Shown: positions 9,099 through 19,440, numbered from the stretch's first letter. The stretch is DNA of 64,000 nt from Dehalococcoidia bacterium (GCA_965197585.1 OZ240215.1:2720001-2784000), one strand, 5' to 3'. Notes: a model not told the origin generated them from the sequence alone. Numbers and translations are program-made.

Positions 9099-10121
9099 GT
9101 GACCCAGACAGCAAAACTAACCACTCCCGAGACTGCCCTCCGTGCGGCCCGAGAATCCGCCGTTCTCGCACATCGCCCGGCTCCCGGCGTCCTCCGCATG
9201 ACCGGTGAGGACGCCCTGGACCTTATAAATCGCCTTTCCACGAACGAAGTCGAGGAGATGGCCGCCGGTTCGGGACTGTCCACCGTGCTCACCACCAACA
9301 AGGGCAGAGTCGTCGATTTGCTCACCATGTTCTATCTCCCCGACCACTGGCTGGTTCTTACTTCTCCCGGCAATCTGCAGAAGGTCATCGACTGGATAGA
9401 GGATTTCACCTTCGGTGAGGAGATAGAGGTAGAAGACGTTACTGCGGAAACCGCAGTGCTCACCATAGTCGGGCCTCGTGCCCCGGCAATCATGCACACC
9501 CTAACGCAGGCTGACCTCTCGGCTCTGCCTATTCACCATTCAATCCAGACCATGATTTCGGGGGCCGAGATGCTGGTGTCGAAGGCCGACCCCGCCCTGG
9601 GCGAGGCGTTCACCATTCTGGCGCCCATAGCATCGGCTGCGGCCCTCCGCGCTGAAATCCTTGGCGCCGGCGAAGCCTTCGGCATGCAAGAGATGGAAGC
9701 GGACTCTTACGAGGCGTTCCGCATAGCTGCGGGAGTTCCGATCCACGGCCCGGAGTTCGGCGAGGAAGTGAACCCGCTGGAGGCTGGGCTTTGGGATGCG
9801 GTCAGCTTTACCAAGGGCTGCTACGTCGGGCAGGAGGTAGTGGCCCGGCTCAACACCTATGAGAAGGTGAAGCGGTACATGGCAATGCTGAGCCTTGAAG
9901 ACGGGACTATCCCTGACGCCGGGACCCCATTAACCGTAGACGGCAAAGATGCGGGTAAGCTCACTTCCGTGTCTCCCATCGCGATTTCGGGCCGCAGGCC
10001 CGCGCTCGGCTATGTTAGAAAAGCCTATGCGAACGCCGAGGCTGCGTTGACTGTAGAATCGGGTGACGGGCCGGTGGCTTGCGAGTTTATCGGGCGGGTC
10101 GGGAAGCGAGACGAGGACTAG
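9099..10121 (+). CDS. ygfZ: YgfZ/IBA57-like folate-binding Fe-S maturation protein (GcvT family)
   Basis: SFTKGCYVGQEVVAR signature; GTG start at 9099 with AGAAGGA RBS. Confidence 0.88.
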   Translation: MTQTAKLTTPETALRAARESAVLAHRPAPGVLRMTGEDALDLINRLSTNEVEEMAAGSGLSTVLTTNKGRVVDLLTMFYLPDHWLVLTSPGNLQKVIDWIEDFTFGEEIEVEDVTAETAVLTIVGPRAPAIMHTLTQADLSALPIHHSIQTMISGAEMLVSKADPALGEAFTILAPIASAAALRAEILGAGEAFGMQEMEADSYEAFRIAAGVPIHGPEFGEEVNPLEAGLWDAVSFTKGCYVGQEVVARLNTYEKVKRYMAMLSLEDGTIPDAGTPLTVDGKDAGKLTSVSPIAISGRRPALGYVRKAYANAEAALTVESGDGPVACEFIGRVGKRDED

Positions 10122-12229
10122 CGGGTCGGCAGGCCGAAGGTCTTCAGGGTAGATTCAAGAACGGCGGGGTCGTTGGTCGGGAGGGCGCAGGTGTTTCCGG
10201 CGCACACGTAGGCCCGAGGCCCCCCTTCTCTGGACATCATCCCCTGCACCGCAGGCGGCAACATGCCAGGATTGCTCTTCGCCAGGTCGTACAAGGAGAC
10301 TAACTTGTGGGGCCGGTAAGTGGAGAGAGCTTTACTCCATAGTTCCTGGGTCAGCGCATCATCCGCGGGGCCAACTATGACCGCGTGGGCCGGTGGATTG
10401 AGGTGCTGTTCCAGGGCCAGGAAATAGGTGCTGGCGAACAGGCCGTACTGGGCGCCTGTCGGCCCAAAGAGTTTCAGGGTCTGCTCAGCTTTGTCCCGGT
10501 ACTCCTCCCGGTGGGTCAGGTAGTAGAGTCTATCCAGCGTCAGTGCAGCGACCGAGTTAGTGCCGGGTGTTGGGGAGTCCTGGATGGGTTTCTCGGCACC
10601 CTCCAACCCTACAGAGCCTAGCTTCCAGTCCGCCAGATCGAAGAAACCGCCTTCGATATCGTCCCAGAAGTGCTCGATGGTGAAGTCCATCAGCTCCTGG
10701 GCGAGATCCAGATAGCGGGTCTCGCCAGTAGCTTCGTGGGCGTCGATCAAGGCTCGGGCCATGTGGATCTGGTCGTCGAGAAGGCCATCGACCTTCGCTT
10801 CACCGTCGGCGAGGCTGTGGTAGAATCCGCGCCCCGGCTTGTACGCTTCCCCGATGAGCCGGTCAATGGCCTTTAGCGCCGACTCCCTGCACCTCTCCAA
10901 CCCCAATCCCTTGTACGCCTCCAGGTGTGCAGAGGCCATCATGCCGTTCCATCCAGAATAGACCGTCGTGTCCACGTAAGGCACGGGCCTATTTGCGCGC
11001 GCTACCAGCAACGCCAGGCTCGACTCCCGGATGCGCTCGTTGACGAAGTCCTCGTCCAACTGCAGCCGGCGGGCTATTGCGTCGGGCTGCACGTCGACGA
11101 ATAGGACGTTCTTGGCCGGGTTGTGGTGCATCTCACCTCTGGCCTCGACGTTGTACAGGAGCGAAATGATCCGCGCGTCGTCGGGGGGGAGGACCTCTTC
11201 CAGCTCATCAAGCGTCCAGGTGAAATAGTCTCCGTCGTCTTCCATACCAACATCGGCGTCCTGGCTGGCGTAGAAGCCACCGCGCTCGGGGTCGGAGGCC
11301 ACCTCCGACACCCACTTAACAATCCCCTCGGCGACCTCTCTGAACAGCGTCGATCCCGTGGCCTGATATCCGTGAACGTAGTTTCTGAGGAGCTCCGAGT
11401 TGTCGTAGGACATCTTCTCGAAGTGGGGAACTATCCAACGGTCGTCCACGGAGTAGCGATGAAAGCCTCCGCCAAGCTGGTCGTAGACGCCACCGAGGGC
11501 CATCTTATCGAGGGTCTTGTTGATCATGACGCTAAGCCAGTCTTCCCGCGTCTCGTAGTATCGGCTCAGGGCCAGCTCGATGGCCGAGGTGTGGGGGAAT
11601 TTCGGGGCGCGACCGAAGCCACCGTGCACGAGGTCGAACCCTTGCCCGATGGACTCCAGTGCAACGTCCAAGGCGGAGACTCGGAGCTCGTGGCCCTCCT
11701 CGGCCTGCACGGTCAACTTGTCCAGGTGCTCCTTTATTTTCCGGGCGTTTTCCAGCGCGGACTCCTTGTTGTCCCGGTAGAGCTCGCTGACACGGGTCAG
11801 CAGGGACTTGTAGCCGGGCCTGCCGTGCATGTCATTCTTGGGGAAGTAGGTGCCACCGTAGAAGACCTGCCCCCGCTCGGTGAGGAACGCAGTGAGAGGC
11901 CAGCCGCCCTGACCCGTGATCGCGCCGACGGCGCTCTGGTATCGACGGTCGACCTCGGGTCTTTCGTCCCGGTCGACCTTCACGGCGATAAACCGATCGT
12001 TGATGATGGCCGCCACTTCCTGGTCTTCGTAGCTCTCCCGGTCCATTACGTGGCACCAATGGCACCACACGGCCCCGATGTCCAGAAGCACGGGCTTTCC
12101 TTGCTCGGTGGCCAGGCGGAAGGGCTCGTCGCCCCACGGATGCCACTGGATCGGCTGGTCGGCTGCGCTTTTTAGATAGGCGCTGGTCTCGTGGGCGAGG
12201 CGGTTTGTGGTGGCCTCATCTTGGGTCAT
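10118..12229 (-). CDS. Thioredoxin-domain protein (YyaL/SPATA20 family)
   Basis: NRLAHETSAYL, WCHWCHVMDRES, GGWPLT, GGFHRYSVD, PHFEKMSYDN. Confidence 0.93.
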   Translation of the reverse strand: MTQDEATTNRLAHETSAYLKSAADQPIQWHPWGDEPFRLATEQGKPVLLDIGAVWCHWCHVMDRESYEDQEVAAIINDRFIAVKVDRDERPEVDRRYQSAVGAITGQGGWPLTAFLTERGQVFYGGTYFPKNDMHGRPGYKSLLTRVSELYRDNKESALENARKIKEHLDKLTVQAEEGHELRVSALDVALESIGQGFDLVHGGFGRAPKFPHTSAIELALSRYYETREDWLSVMINKTLDKMALGGVYDQLGGGFHRYSVDDRWIVPHFEKMSYDNSELLRNYVHGYQATGSTLFREVAEGIVKWVSEVASDPERGGFYASQDADVGMEDDGDYFTWTLDELEEVLPPDDARIISLLYNVEARGEMHHNPAKNVLFVDVQPDAIARRLQLDEDFVNERIRESSLALLVARANRPVPYVDTTVYSGWNGMMASAHLEAYKGLGLERCRESALKAIDRLIGEAYKPGRGFYHSLADGEAKVDGLLDDQIHMARALIDAHEATGETRYLDLAQELMDFTIEHFWDDIEGGFFDLADWKLGSVGLEGAEKPIQDSPTPGTNSVAALTLDRLYYLTHREEYRDKAEQTLKLFGPTGAQYGLFASTYFLALEQHLNPPAHAVIVGPADDALTQELWSKALSTYRPHKLVSLYDLAKSNPGMLPPAVQGMMSREGGPRAYVCAGNTCALPTNDPAVLESTLKTFGLPTR

Positions 12230-12397
12230 GGGAATACCTTTCTCGTCAGAATGGTGTAGCCCAAATTATACCCCCAAAGCTCCTGGCTACCTTCTCCCTA
12301 GTTGTTAGAGCTGAGGTGGGGTGTGTTCCCAGACTCTGCGCGTATTGGGCATCCCGAACAACAATGGTATATTACTTCTGCAAGAGGAGAATTCCCC

Positions 12398-13186
12398 ATG
12401 AACAACCATAACAAATCAGCCGCCGATGTCAGGGCAGAAATCCGTACCGGCGCCTTCGCTGGGGTCACCGCGGGCCTCGCACCCGGCTCTACACAGGCTA
12501 ACCTGGCCATACTTCCCAAGGAGTACGCCTTTGACTTCCTCCTCTTCTGCCAACGTAACCGCAAACCCTGCCCACTCATCGAGGTGCTGGAACCGGGTCA
12601 GCCCGAGCCTCTAGCCTCGGCTCCCGGCGCGGACATCCGCACCGACCTGCCCGCCTACCGCATCTACCGCGACGGCGTCCTGGAAGCTGAGGTCCCAGAG
12701 ATAAGCGAATACTGGCGAGACGACCTGGTGTCGTTCCTGATGGGGTGCAGCTTCACTTTCGAAGAGGCCCTGATCCGGGCCCAAATACCGATGCGTCACA
12801 TAGAGGAGGGGACGAACGTCTCCATGTACGTCACCAATATGGAGACACGCAGTGCGGGCGTATTCTCGGGGCCTATGGTGGTCAGCATGCGCCCCATTCC
12901 GCACTCCCAGGTAGTGAAGGCCGTCCAAGTCACGTCCCGCTACCCGGACGTGCACGGGGCTCCCGTTCACATTGGGAACCCTGAGGCTATCGGCATCCGT
13001 GACATTTCCAAGCCCGACTACGGAGACCCCGTAGAAATCCGGGAGAACGAGACCCCCGTATTCTGGGCCTGTGGCGTGACACCCCAGGCCGTCGCCGAGA
13101 AGTCTCGGCCCTCCTTGATGATCACCCACGCCCCGGGCTACATGTTCGTAACAGACATACCCAACGAGACTACGGCGGCACTATGA
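12398..13186 (+). CDS. D-glutamate cyclase family / putative hydro-lyase (DUF1445)
   Basis: [41 protein letters not shown]; ATG 12398 with GAGGAG RBS. Confidence 0.9.
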   Translation: MNNHNKSAADVRAEIRTGAFAGVTAGLAPGSTQANLAILPKEYAFDFLLFCQRNRKPCPLIEVLEPGQPEPLASAPGADIRTDLPAYRIYRDGVLEAEVPEISEYWRDDLVSFLMGCSFTFEEALIRAQIPMRHIEEGTNVSMYVTNMETRSAGVFSGPMVVSMRPIPHSQVVKAVQVTSRYPDVHGAPVHIGNPEAIGIRDISKPDYGDPVEIRENETPVFWACGVTPQAVAEKSRPSLMITHAPGYMFVTDIPNETTAAL

Positions 13187-14034
13187 CCATAGAAGACATT
13201 ATCCTAAGCGGCGACACGCGAGGCGTATCGCGTCTCAGGAGGAGGCTGCCTGCCGATTTCTGCCAAAGCGCTGCCCAGTACGTGCTCGACTCAGAGGGGT
13301 GTGTGCTCATTCTTACGGGCTTCTACGTCAAGGGTTCATGGGAGACCGACGGGCCGCCCGGCGCCCTTGCCATAGGCCGCGCTCTGGAGGCGCTGGGGCG
13401 CAAGGTCATTTATGTCACGGACGGGGCTGCCCCCATGCTTCGTAGCCTGGTCGGCGGCCCGAAGGACAAGGTACGCGAGTTTCCCATAACCGGACATGAG
13501 GCCAGCAAGATCGCAGCCAGGTCGATTACGACGGAACTGAAGCCGGGGCTCGCCATATCCATCGAGCGATGCGGGATGACGAGGGATCCAAAGCTTTACC
13601 TGAACATGCGCGGCGTCGACATCTCTGAGCACACTGCGAAGCTGGACTACCTGTTCCGGGCCGCCCGCAAAACCGTCGCCATAGGAGACGGCGGCAACGA
13701 GATAGGAATGGGGTCCGTGTATGATTACATCCCCGCAGTATCGACACTAGTCCCAGATCCTGCCGTCACTCCCACCGACCACCTGATCATCGCAAGCGTG
13801 TCCAACTGGGGGGGCTACGGCCTGGTCAGTAGCCTGTCAATTCTCACCGGCAAGGACCTTCTCCCATCCGCGGAAGAGGAGTTCGAGATGGTCAAACAGT
13901 GGATCGACCTGGGAGGGGTGGATGGGATCTCGGGGGAGAAGGTCTATACAGTCGATAACATGGATGCCGGACAAACTGCCAACATTCTTTCACGGCTCCA
14001 GCAGGAAGTCGCAGCGTCGAGGGAGGCGGCATGA
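13183..14034 (+). CDS. D-glutamate cyclase-like C-terminal domain protein (DUF4392)
   Basis: LTGF...[40 protein letters not shown]. Confidence 0.88.
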   Translation: MTIEDIILSGDTRGVSRLRRRLPADFCQSAAQYVLDSEGCVLILTGFYVKGSWETDGPPGALAIGRALEALGRKVIYVTDGAAPMLRSLVGGPKDKVREFPITGHEASKIAARSITTELKPGLAISIERCGMTRDPKLYLNMRGVDISEHTAKLDYLFRAARKTVAIGDGGNEIGMGSVYDYIPAVSTLVPDPAVTPTDHLIIASVSNWGGYGLVSSLSILTGKDLLPSAEEEFEMVKQWIDLGGVDGISGEKVYTVDNMDAGQTANILSRLQQEVAASREAA

Positions 14035-14969
14035 AGATCTGCTCGCTGCTGCCCAGCAGCACCGAGATAGTGTTCGCCCTGGGGCTCGGTGACTCACTGG
14101 TCGGGGTGACCCATGAATGTGATTTCCCCTCGGAGACCGCCTCCATTCCGTCAGTCACCTCCAGCGTGGTCAACGGAGAGTCGATGACCGGCAGGCAGAT
14201 CCACGATGCGATCACCGGTCTGGTACACGGTGGGAGCAGCATCTACAACCTGAACCGTGAGCTGTTGGACGAGGCCAGCCCCGACCTTATCCTGACGCAG
14301 GAGCTCTGCGACGTCTGCGCCGTATCCTACAGGCAGGTCGCGGCGGCAGCTTCAATGCTTCAGTGCGATACCCGAGTGGTATCCCTGGAGCCTAACACCC
14401 TGGACCAGATCCTAGATACGATACGCATCGTGGGTGAGCTTGCCGGGGTCGAATCACAGGCTAAATCCGTTGTCTCCAGCCTCCGTGCTCGTATAGACAG
14501 GGTTGGGGAAATTGCCGCTCGAGCGCAGCACAAGCCCAGAGTCCTCTGCATGGAGTGGATCGACCCAGTCTTCATCGGCGGGCACTGGGTGCCGGAGATG
14601 GTCGCGATTGCGGGTGGAGAAGACGGCCTGGGCATTGCCGGGAAGCCATCTTTCCAGGTCGATTGGCAGCGTATTGCCGAATACAACCCTGACTTGATAG
14701 TGGTCATGCCCTGCGGGTTCAGTGCAGGACAGGCTTTGAAGGAGTTGGAGCAGACAGTCTTGCCGGATGAGTGGCATGGGCTGGATGCCGTGGCCCGGGG
14801 AGAGGTCTACGTGGTCGACGGGTCGTCGTACTTCAACCGTCCCGGACCTAGAGTCGTGGACGGGCTGGAAATCCTTGCCCAGATTTTCCATCCCGAACTC
14901 TTCTCGGGCCCCGAGGCCAAGTTCGGAGGGCTGGTAAAGACACCGTACCCCATCCGTACCGGGAGCTAG
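14031..14969 (+). CDS. BtuF-like substrate-binding-fold protein (no signal peptide)
   Basis: SLLPSSTEI, GVTHECDFP, TQELCDVCAV, GHWVPEM, FNRPGPR. Confidence 0.85.
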   Translation: MKICSLLPSSTEIVFALGLGDSLVGVTHECDFPSETASIPSVTSSVVNGESMTGRQIHDAITGLVHGGSSIYNLNRELLDEASPDLILTQELCDVCAVSYRQVAAAASMLQCDTRVVSLEPNTLDQILDTIRIVGELAGVESQAKSVVSSLRARIDRVGEIAARAQHKPRVLCMEWIDPVFIGGHWVPEMVAIAGGEDGLGIAGKPSFQVDWQRIAEYNPDLIVVMPCGFSAGQALKELEQTVLPDEWHGLDAVARGEVYVVDGSSYFNRPGPRVVDGLEILAQIFHPELFSGPEAKFGGLVKTPYPIRTGS

Positions 14970-14976
14970 AGGTCTC

Positions 14977-15378
14977 ATGACCGCCGATCGGGATGCCATA
15001 TCAGAGGTGACCGCGGCCAACGAACGGTTCTACCGCGCTTTCGAAAGCCTGAACGTGGAGCAGATGGCCCGGGTGTGGGCGCAGGACGACACCGCACAGG
15101 TTATTCATCCCGGCTGGAGAATCAAGCTAGGCTGGGATGAGGTGAGGGACAGCTGGGCTGCCATTTTCGCCAACACGAGGTACATGGAGTTCCACCTGAC
15201 GGACGTGCATGTACTGGTGTCGGGGCCGTGGGCACGGGTCACGTGCGTCGAGAACCTGAGAAGCGTCGCCGGTGGGCAGGAGAATATGGGACAGGTCCAG
15301 GCGACCAACCTCTTCACTCTAACGGGCGACGAATGGTTGATGGTCCACCACCACGGCTCGCCTATCTTCACCGCTTGA
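14977..15378 (+). CDS. SnoaL/NTF2-like protein
   Basis: ANERFYRAF, IHPGW, ATNLF, WLMVHHHGSP. Confidence 0.85.
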   Translation: MTADRDAISEVTAANERFYRAFESLNVEQMARVWAQDDTAQVIHPGWRIKLGWDEVRDSWAAIFANTRYMEFHLTDVHVLVSGPWARVTCVENLRSVAGGQENMGQVQATNLFTLTGDEWLMVHHHGSPIFTA

Positions 15379-15384
15379 ACGGGT

Positions 15385-16815
15385 CTACTCTTCAATGCGT
15401 GCGAGGCGTCTCACCTTCTCCGCTGCTGCATCGAAGTCGTAGCCGTGGATGGTCATCATCTTCTGGGCCTGGGGCGAGCCTGCACCGTGGTATTGACTTA
15501 TCAAGGAGTGACTGGCGTACTCGTCGGCAGCGAGGTCCCGGACAAAGTTGTATAGCCGCAATCGCTGGTCGGCGGTGGCCTTGTCGCCGCCCGACAGGTA
15601 CTTCCTGAAGGTGGCGTGGAGGTCGGGGTGATTGTAGTCGGTCTCCCAAGGCTGAGTGGCGATAATTGCGCCGCCGATGTCTATCAGGTGTTTGTACATG
15701 TCGCTAAGCTTGTCGGTGAACATGAACTTGGCCACGTTGGTTATGACGCCGTTGGGTATGGCCATACCGTCGGAGACAGTGCTAGTCATAGCGGCAGAAG
15801 TTACGAAGGCATCCATTGCACTGGCCAGCATGGCGAATTCGAAAAGGTGGTCACGGATGTGGGGCGCCTTTTCGACACCGTTGTACTTGGCCAGGAGATA
15901 GGCTGCTCCGGCCAATACCTCCGCACCGTGTTTCATGGAGCACAGCGCCGAGTAGCGGAGCAGCAGACCCAGGCCCCGGGCTATGGGCTGGGACAGCCAG
16001 TCCTCTCCGTTCTGGATGACGCGCTCCCAGGGCACGAACACGTCGTCGAACCAGACGAAGCACTCGGAGCCCGGTATGTCATGGCTGACCGGGTATTCAA
16101 AGCTGGACCCCACCATGCGACGGGGCTTCATCAGCAGCTTCACTCCCTCCGTACCCGGTGACACAATGCACGTCACGGAGTACTCGGACTCGTCGGGCTT
16201 CATCTTCTTGGTGGGCATGACTACAAGCTCGTGCATGTAAGCGGCACCGGAGATGTGGGCCTTCATGCCGCGGATGACGATGCCGTCGTCACGTTCGGCG
16301 ACCTTGCGGACGTACAGGTCGGGGTCTGCCTGCTGGCTGGGATGAAGGGACCGGTCGCCCTTGGTGTCGGACATGGCTACGGCCATGATCAGGTCCTCGT
16401 CCCGGAAGCGGCGGTAGAGGGAGTCGACGTTGGCCTTATACATGGGGTTGGCCTCGGCCAGGTCCCCGGACACCATGTAGAGCGAAAGCATGGCGTCGCT
16501 CAGAGCTGCTGCCGACCCATACCCCAACTGGCCACCCGTCGCCAGCGCTTTGGCCCGCTTCAGCAGGTCTTCGGGGGTCTTGGGTGGGATCAGGAAGAGG
16601 TCCGCCGGTTCTCCGGTCTCGGGGTCGGGGGCGGTGAAGATGTCCTTCAAGGCCGGGTCGTGAAACCGCTGATACTCTCGCGAGAAGAAGAGGGCGCCTT
16701 GTCGGGTGACGGGGTGTTCGGTGACGTCAGTGATCTTTTCGCCGTCGGCATAGATTACCCTCCCGTCCCGGATGCTCTCAAGGTAGTCCTCGGGTGTTTT
16801 GAAGGTCTTGGTCAT
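15385..16815 (-). CDS. 4-hydroxyphenylacetate 3-hydroxylase / 4-hydroxybutyryl-CoA dehydratase family flavoprotein
   Basis: YLESIRDGR, AMSDTKGDRS, DGIVIRGMKAHISG, FDDVFVPWERV, HGAGSP. Confidence 0.88.
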   Translation of the reverse strand: MTKTFKTPEDYLESIRDGRVIYADGEKITDVTEHPVTRQGALFFSREYQRFHDPALKDIFTAPDPETGEPADLFLIPPKTPEDLLKRAKALATGGQLGYGSAAALSDAMLSLYMVSGDLAEANPMYKANVDSLYRRFRDEDLIMAVAMSDTKGDRSLHPSQQADPDLYVRKVAERDDGIVIRGMKAHISGAAYMHELVVMPTKKMKPDESEYSVTCIVSPGTEGVKLLMKPRRMVGSSFEYPVSHDIPGSECFVWFDDVFVPWERVIQNGEDWLSQPIARGLGLLLRYSALCSMKHGAEVLAGAAYLLAKYNGVEKAPHIRDHLFEFAMLASAMDAFVTSAAMTSTVSDGMAIPNGVITNVAKFMFTDKLSDMYKHLIDIGGAIIATQPWETDYNHPDLHATFRKYLSGGDKATADQRLRLYNFVRDLAADEYASHSLISQYHGAGSPQAQKMMTIHGYDFDAAAEKVRRLARIEE

Positions 16816-16858
16816 GGCGTTGTCTCCCCTGTTTGGTCTCGGGCTGGGTTTCTGAACC

Positions 16859-17641
16859 TTGACCCGCGCCCCTTACGATTCCTATACTCGCCCCGTGCGC
16901 CCCCTCAGCTATTCCCAGATATCAGCTTATCAGACCTGTCCCCTATTCTACAGGTTCCAATACATCGATAAGCTGCCGACCAAGCCGAGGTTCTACTTCA
17001 GCTTCGGCAACACGCTGCACCGTTGCGCGCAGTTTTTCTTCAAGAAGAAGGGGCAAGGCCCCCCGTCCCTTGAGGACTTTCTGGAATTTTATAACCAGGC
17101 ATGGAGCTCGGCGGGGTATTTCAGCAGGAGGCAGGAGGCAGCGGACAAGCAGACCGGCAGGGAGATACTGACACAGTTCTGGGAGCTCAACTCAAGGGAC
17201 TACCATCTCCCCCTCGCAACCGAAAAGTGGTTCACCGTAAACGTAGGGGGTGTTCCATTCCGGGGCTACATAGACCGGGTGGACATATCGCCAACCGGGG
17301 GACTGAACATTCTCGACTACAAGAGCGGAAAGAGGGACATATCCAAGGACGAAGTCGAGGAGAGCCTTCAGCTGAGCATGTATCAGATCGGGGCGCAGGG
17401 GACGTGGCTTCTACCAGTCGAGAAGTTGTCTCTGTACCACCTGCGCTCCAATACCAACGTGGAGGTCGAGGCCCGGGACGATAACACCATCAAACGGGCC
17501 GAGGAAACGGTCACCACAGTTTCACAATCAATAGAGAACAAGGAGTTCGAGCCCCGCCTCAACACCTCGTGCCCCTGCGAGTTTTCCGAACTATGCCCGC
17601 TGTTTAATCCCGACGCGGACCCTGAGGCTCCCGGGTCCTGA
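16859..17641 (+). CDS. PD-(D/E)XK nuclease, RecB/AddB/Cas4-like
   Basis: SYSQISAYQTCP, FGNTLH, GYIDRVD, ILDYKSG, QLSMY, C-terminal CPCEFSELCP. Confidence 0.85.
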   Translation: MTRAPYDSYTRPVRPLSYSQISAYQTCPLFYRFQYIDKLPTKPRFYFSFGNTLHRCAQFFFKKKGQGPPSLEDFLEFYNQAWSSAGYFSRRQEAADKQTGREILTQFWELNSRDYHLPLATEKWFTVNVGGVPFRGYIDRVDISPTGGLNILDYKSGKRDISKDEVEESLQLSMYQIGAQGTWLLPVEKLSLYHLRSNTNVEVEARDDNTIKRAEETVTTVSQSIENKEFEPRLNTSCPCEFSELCPLFNPDADPEAPGS

Positions 17642-18194
17642 CCTTTTCTCCCTTGAGCAATGCCTCGGCGGCCAAGACTATTGCGCCCAGTTCCACGGGC
17701 AGCGCAGTCAGCGCCTCATCCAGCACTTTTCTGGACTGTCTGACGTAGCGCATGGGTTCGTGGAACAAGAGGTTGCCGTCCAGCATAGCCACCTCCTTCG
17801 CCATCCCGACGCCCGGGACGGAATTCCAGAGTCCGGAGAGGGCCTTTTCTCGAAGCGCTTCAGGACTCCCCTTTTGACCGTTGCCAAGAACCGCCGAAAG
17901 CATCTCAGCGACGGACGTCTGCGTCACGCCCGAATCGGCGAGGCGAAAGGCTTCCCTCAACGGGCCTGGAGGAATGAATCGGGCCGCAATCCGGGAGCCG
18001 ACCAGCCACGCCACTCCTTTACCCAACCCCGAAGCTCCGGCGGTCTTGGCAAGGGAGTCGGCCCAGCGTTTTGCCGAGGGGCCTGACAACACACCGGCAT
18101 TTTCCGAGAGTGCCATCTCGGCCGCCTGCCCTATGGCCGCGGCGAGAATACGCATTTCCATCCGTTTGCTAATCAGGACTCGGCGAAGGAGCAT
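17604..18194 (-). CDS. Hypothetical protein
   Basis: 196-aa ORF co-oriented 20 bp downstream of the M20 gene. Confidence 0.5.
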   Translation of the reverse strand: MLLRRVLISKRMEMRILAAAIGQAAEMALSENAGVLSGPSAKRWADSLAKTAGASGLGKGVAWLVGSRIAARFIPPGPLREAFRLADSGVTQTSVAEMLSAVLGNGQKGSPEALREKALSGLWNSVPGVGMAKEVAMLDGNLLFHEPMRYVRQSRKVLDEALTALPVELGAIVLAAEALLKGEKVRTREPQGPRRD

Positions 18195-18213
18195 AGTTAT
18201 TCTGCCTGCCTGT

Positions 18214-19440
18214 TTAAGAGCAAATGGATTCTGCAGTCAGGGCCAGGACTCGGCTGCAGAGCTCCATCTCGTCGATGTCCGAGTAGTCGTTGCCGTAGGA
18301 GCCGCCTGCGGGCCCGTAAATCGGCGCGGGGATGCCTGCCAGCCACAGGTGGGCGTCGTCGTCCCCGTACCTGGCAGAAAGGGCTGAGGACGGGAGACCA
18401 ACCCCCTTGGGGTCGTTGCCAGTTACCTTTCGGTAGCTGTCGGACACCACTTTCACAATCTCCTCGTCTTCGGACATGTCCATGGGCGGGTGGTCCAGAA
18501 TCCACGTCTTGAACTTCCGCTCGATGGGGTTCACCAACTCGTATTCGAAGTCGGGATCTTCTTCGCGAAGCGCGCTGAGAGTAGCTTCCAGGTCGGCACG
18601 TATGGTGTCCGCGGTCATGCCAGGCACCGTGCTTATGGCGATGAACGCCGTGCACAGGTCACAATTCCGGCTGACGGAACGCATGTCGTAGCTTTCGCCC
18701 CTCCCACCGATAATCGAGCCGATTTTCAGCCACGGCAGCCCTTCGACAATCCAGGGGGCGTGGTTCAATTTCGTGGCGTATATGGCCTCGATGGCCTTCA
18801 TCATCTTGGGGATTGCGTCCACGCCGGTAACGTCGGCGCCGTGGGGGTGTCGGCCCTTCACGTGTAGAGAGAACTTGCTCATGCCACCGTGTTTGGTGAC
18901 CACGTAATGTGCGCTGTATGGTTCCGTGACCACGGCCACGTCGGTCCGGTAGCCGTGCTCTATCAGGTACTTTGTCCCTAGCCCGCCCTGGAGCTCGGCG
19001 AGGACGCAGGCAACTACGACGTCGCCTCGGAGCTTCACGCCTGACTTTATAATGGCATCTGCGGCGTGGATCATTGAGGCCACACCGCTCTTCATGTTTC
19101 TTATGCCCGCGCCGTAAAGCCTGTTGCCTTCGACCCAAGGCTCGTACGGGTTCCGGGTCCAGCCTGCGGCAATAGGGTTGCTGTCCAGGTGACCGTTGAA
19201 CATGATGCTGCGTCCCCCACCCGACCCCCGAATTACGCCCACCGCCTGGAACCAGCCGGGCTCCACTTCCTGCAGCTCCACCTCAAGGCCTCGGGCCTTC
19301 ATGTACTCGGCGGTCCATCGCGCTGCTGCCGTCTCCTCCCCGATGGGGCTCGGTATCTTAATCAGTGACTTCCCGAGCTCCACCAGCTCGTTACGGTCGA
19401 TCTTGCTCAGTATGGGGTGGTTTGACGTGTCTTCCGGCAT
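18214..19440 (-). CDS. M20/ArgE-DapE family amidohydrolase (divergent metal ligands)
   Basis: IPSPIGEE, FNGHLDS, LYGAGIRNMKSG, VTEP. Confidence 0.85.
   Translation of the reverse strand: MPEDTSNHPILSKIDRNELVELGKSLIKIPSPIGEETAAARWTAEYMKARGLEVELQEVEPGWFQAVGVIRGSGGGRSIMFNGHLDSNPIAAGWTRNPYEPWVEGNRLYGAGIRNMKSGVASMIHAADAIIKSGVKLRGDVVVACVLAELQGGLGTKYLIEHGYRTDVAVVTEPYSAHYVVTKHGGMSKFSLHVKGRHPHGADVTGVDAIPKMMKAIEAIYATKLNHAPWIVEGLPWLKIGSIIGGRGESYDMRSVSRNCDLCTAFIAISTVPGMTADTIRADLEATLSALREEDPDFEYELVNPIERKFKTWILDHPPMDMSEDEEIVKVVSDSYRKVTGNDPKGVGLPSSALSARYGDDDAHLWLAGIPAPIYGPAGGSYGNDYSDIDEMELCSRVLALTAESICS

Noticed and set aside
16859-17641. cas4 of a CRISPR system
   Set aside because: No cas1/cas2 or array in the window; the motifs fit generic RecB-family nucleases.
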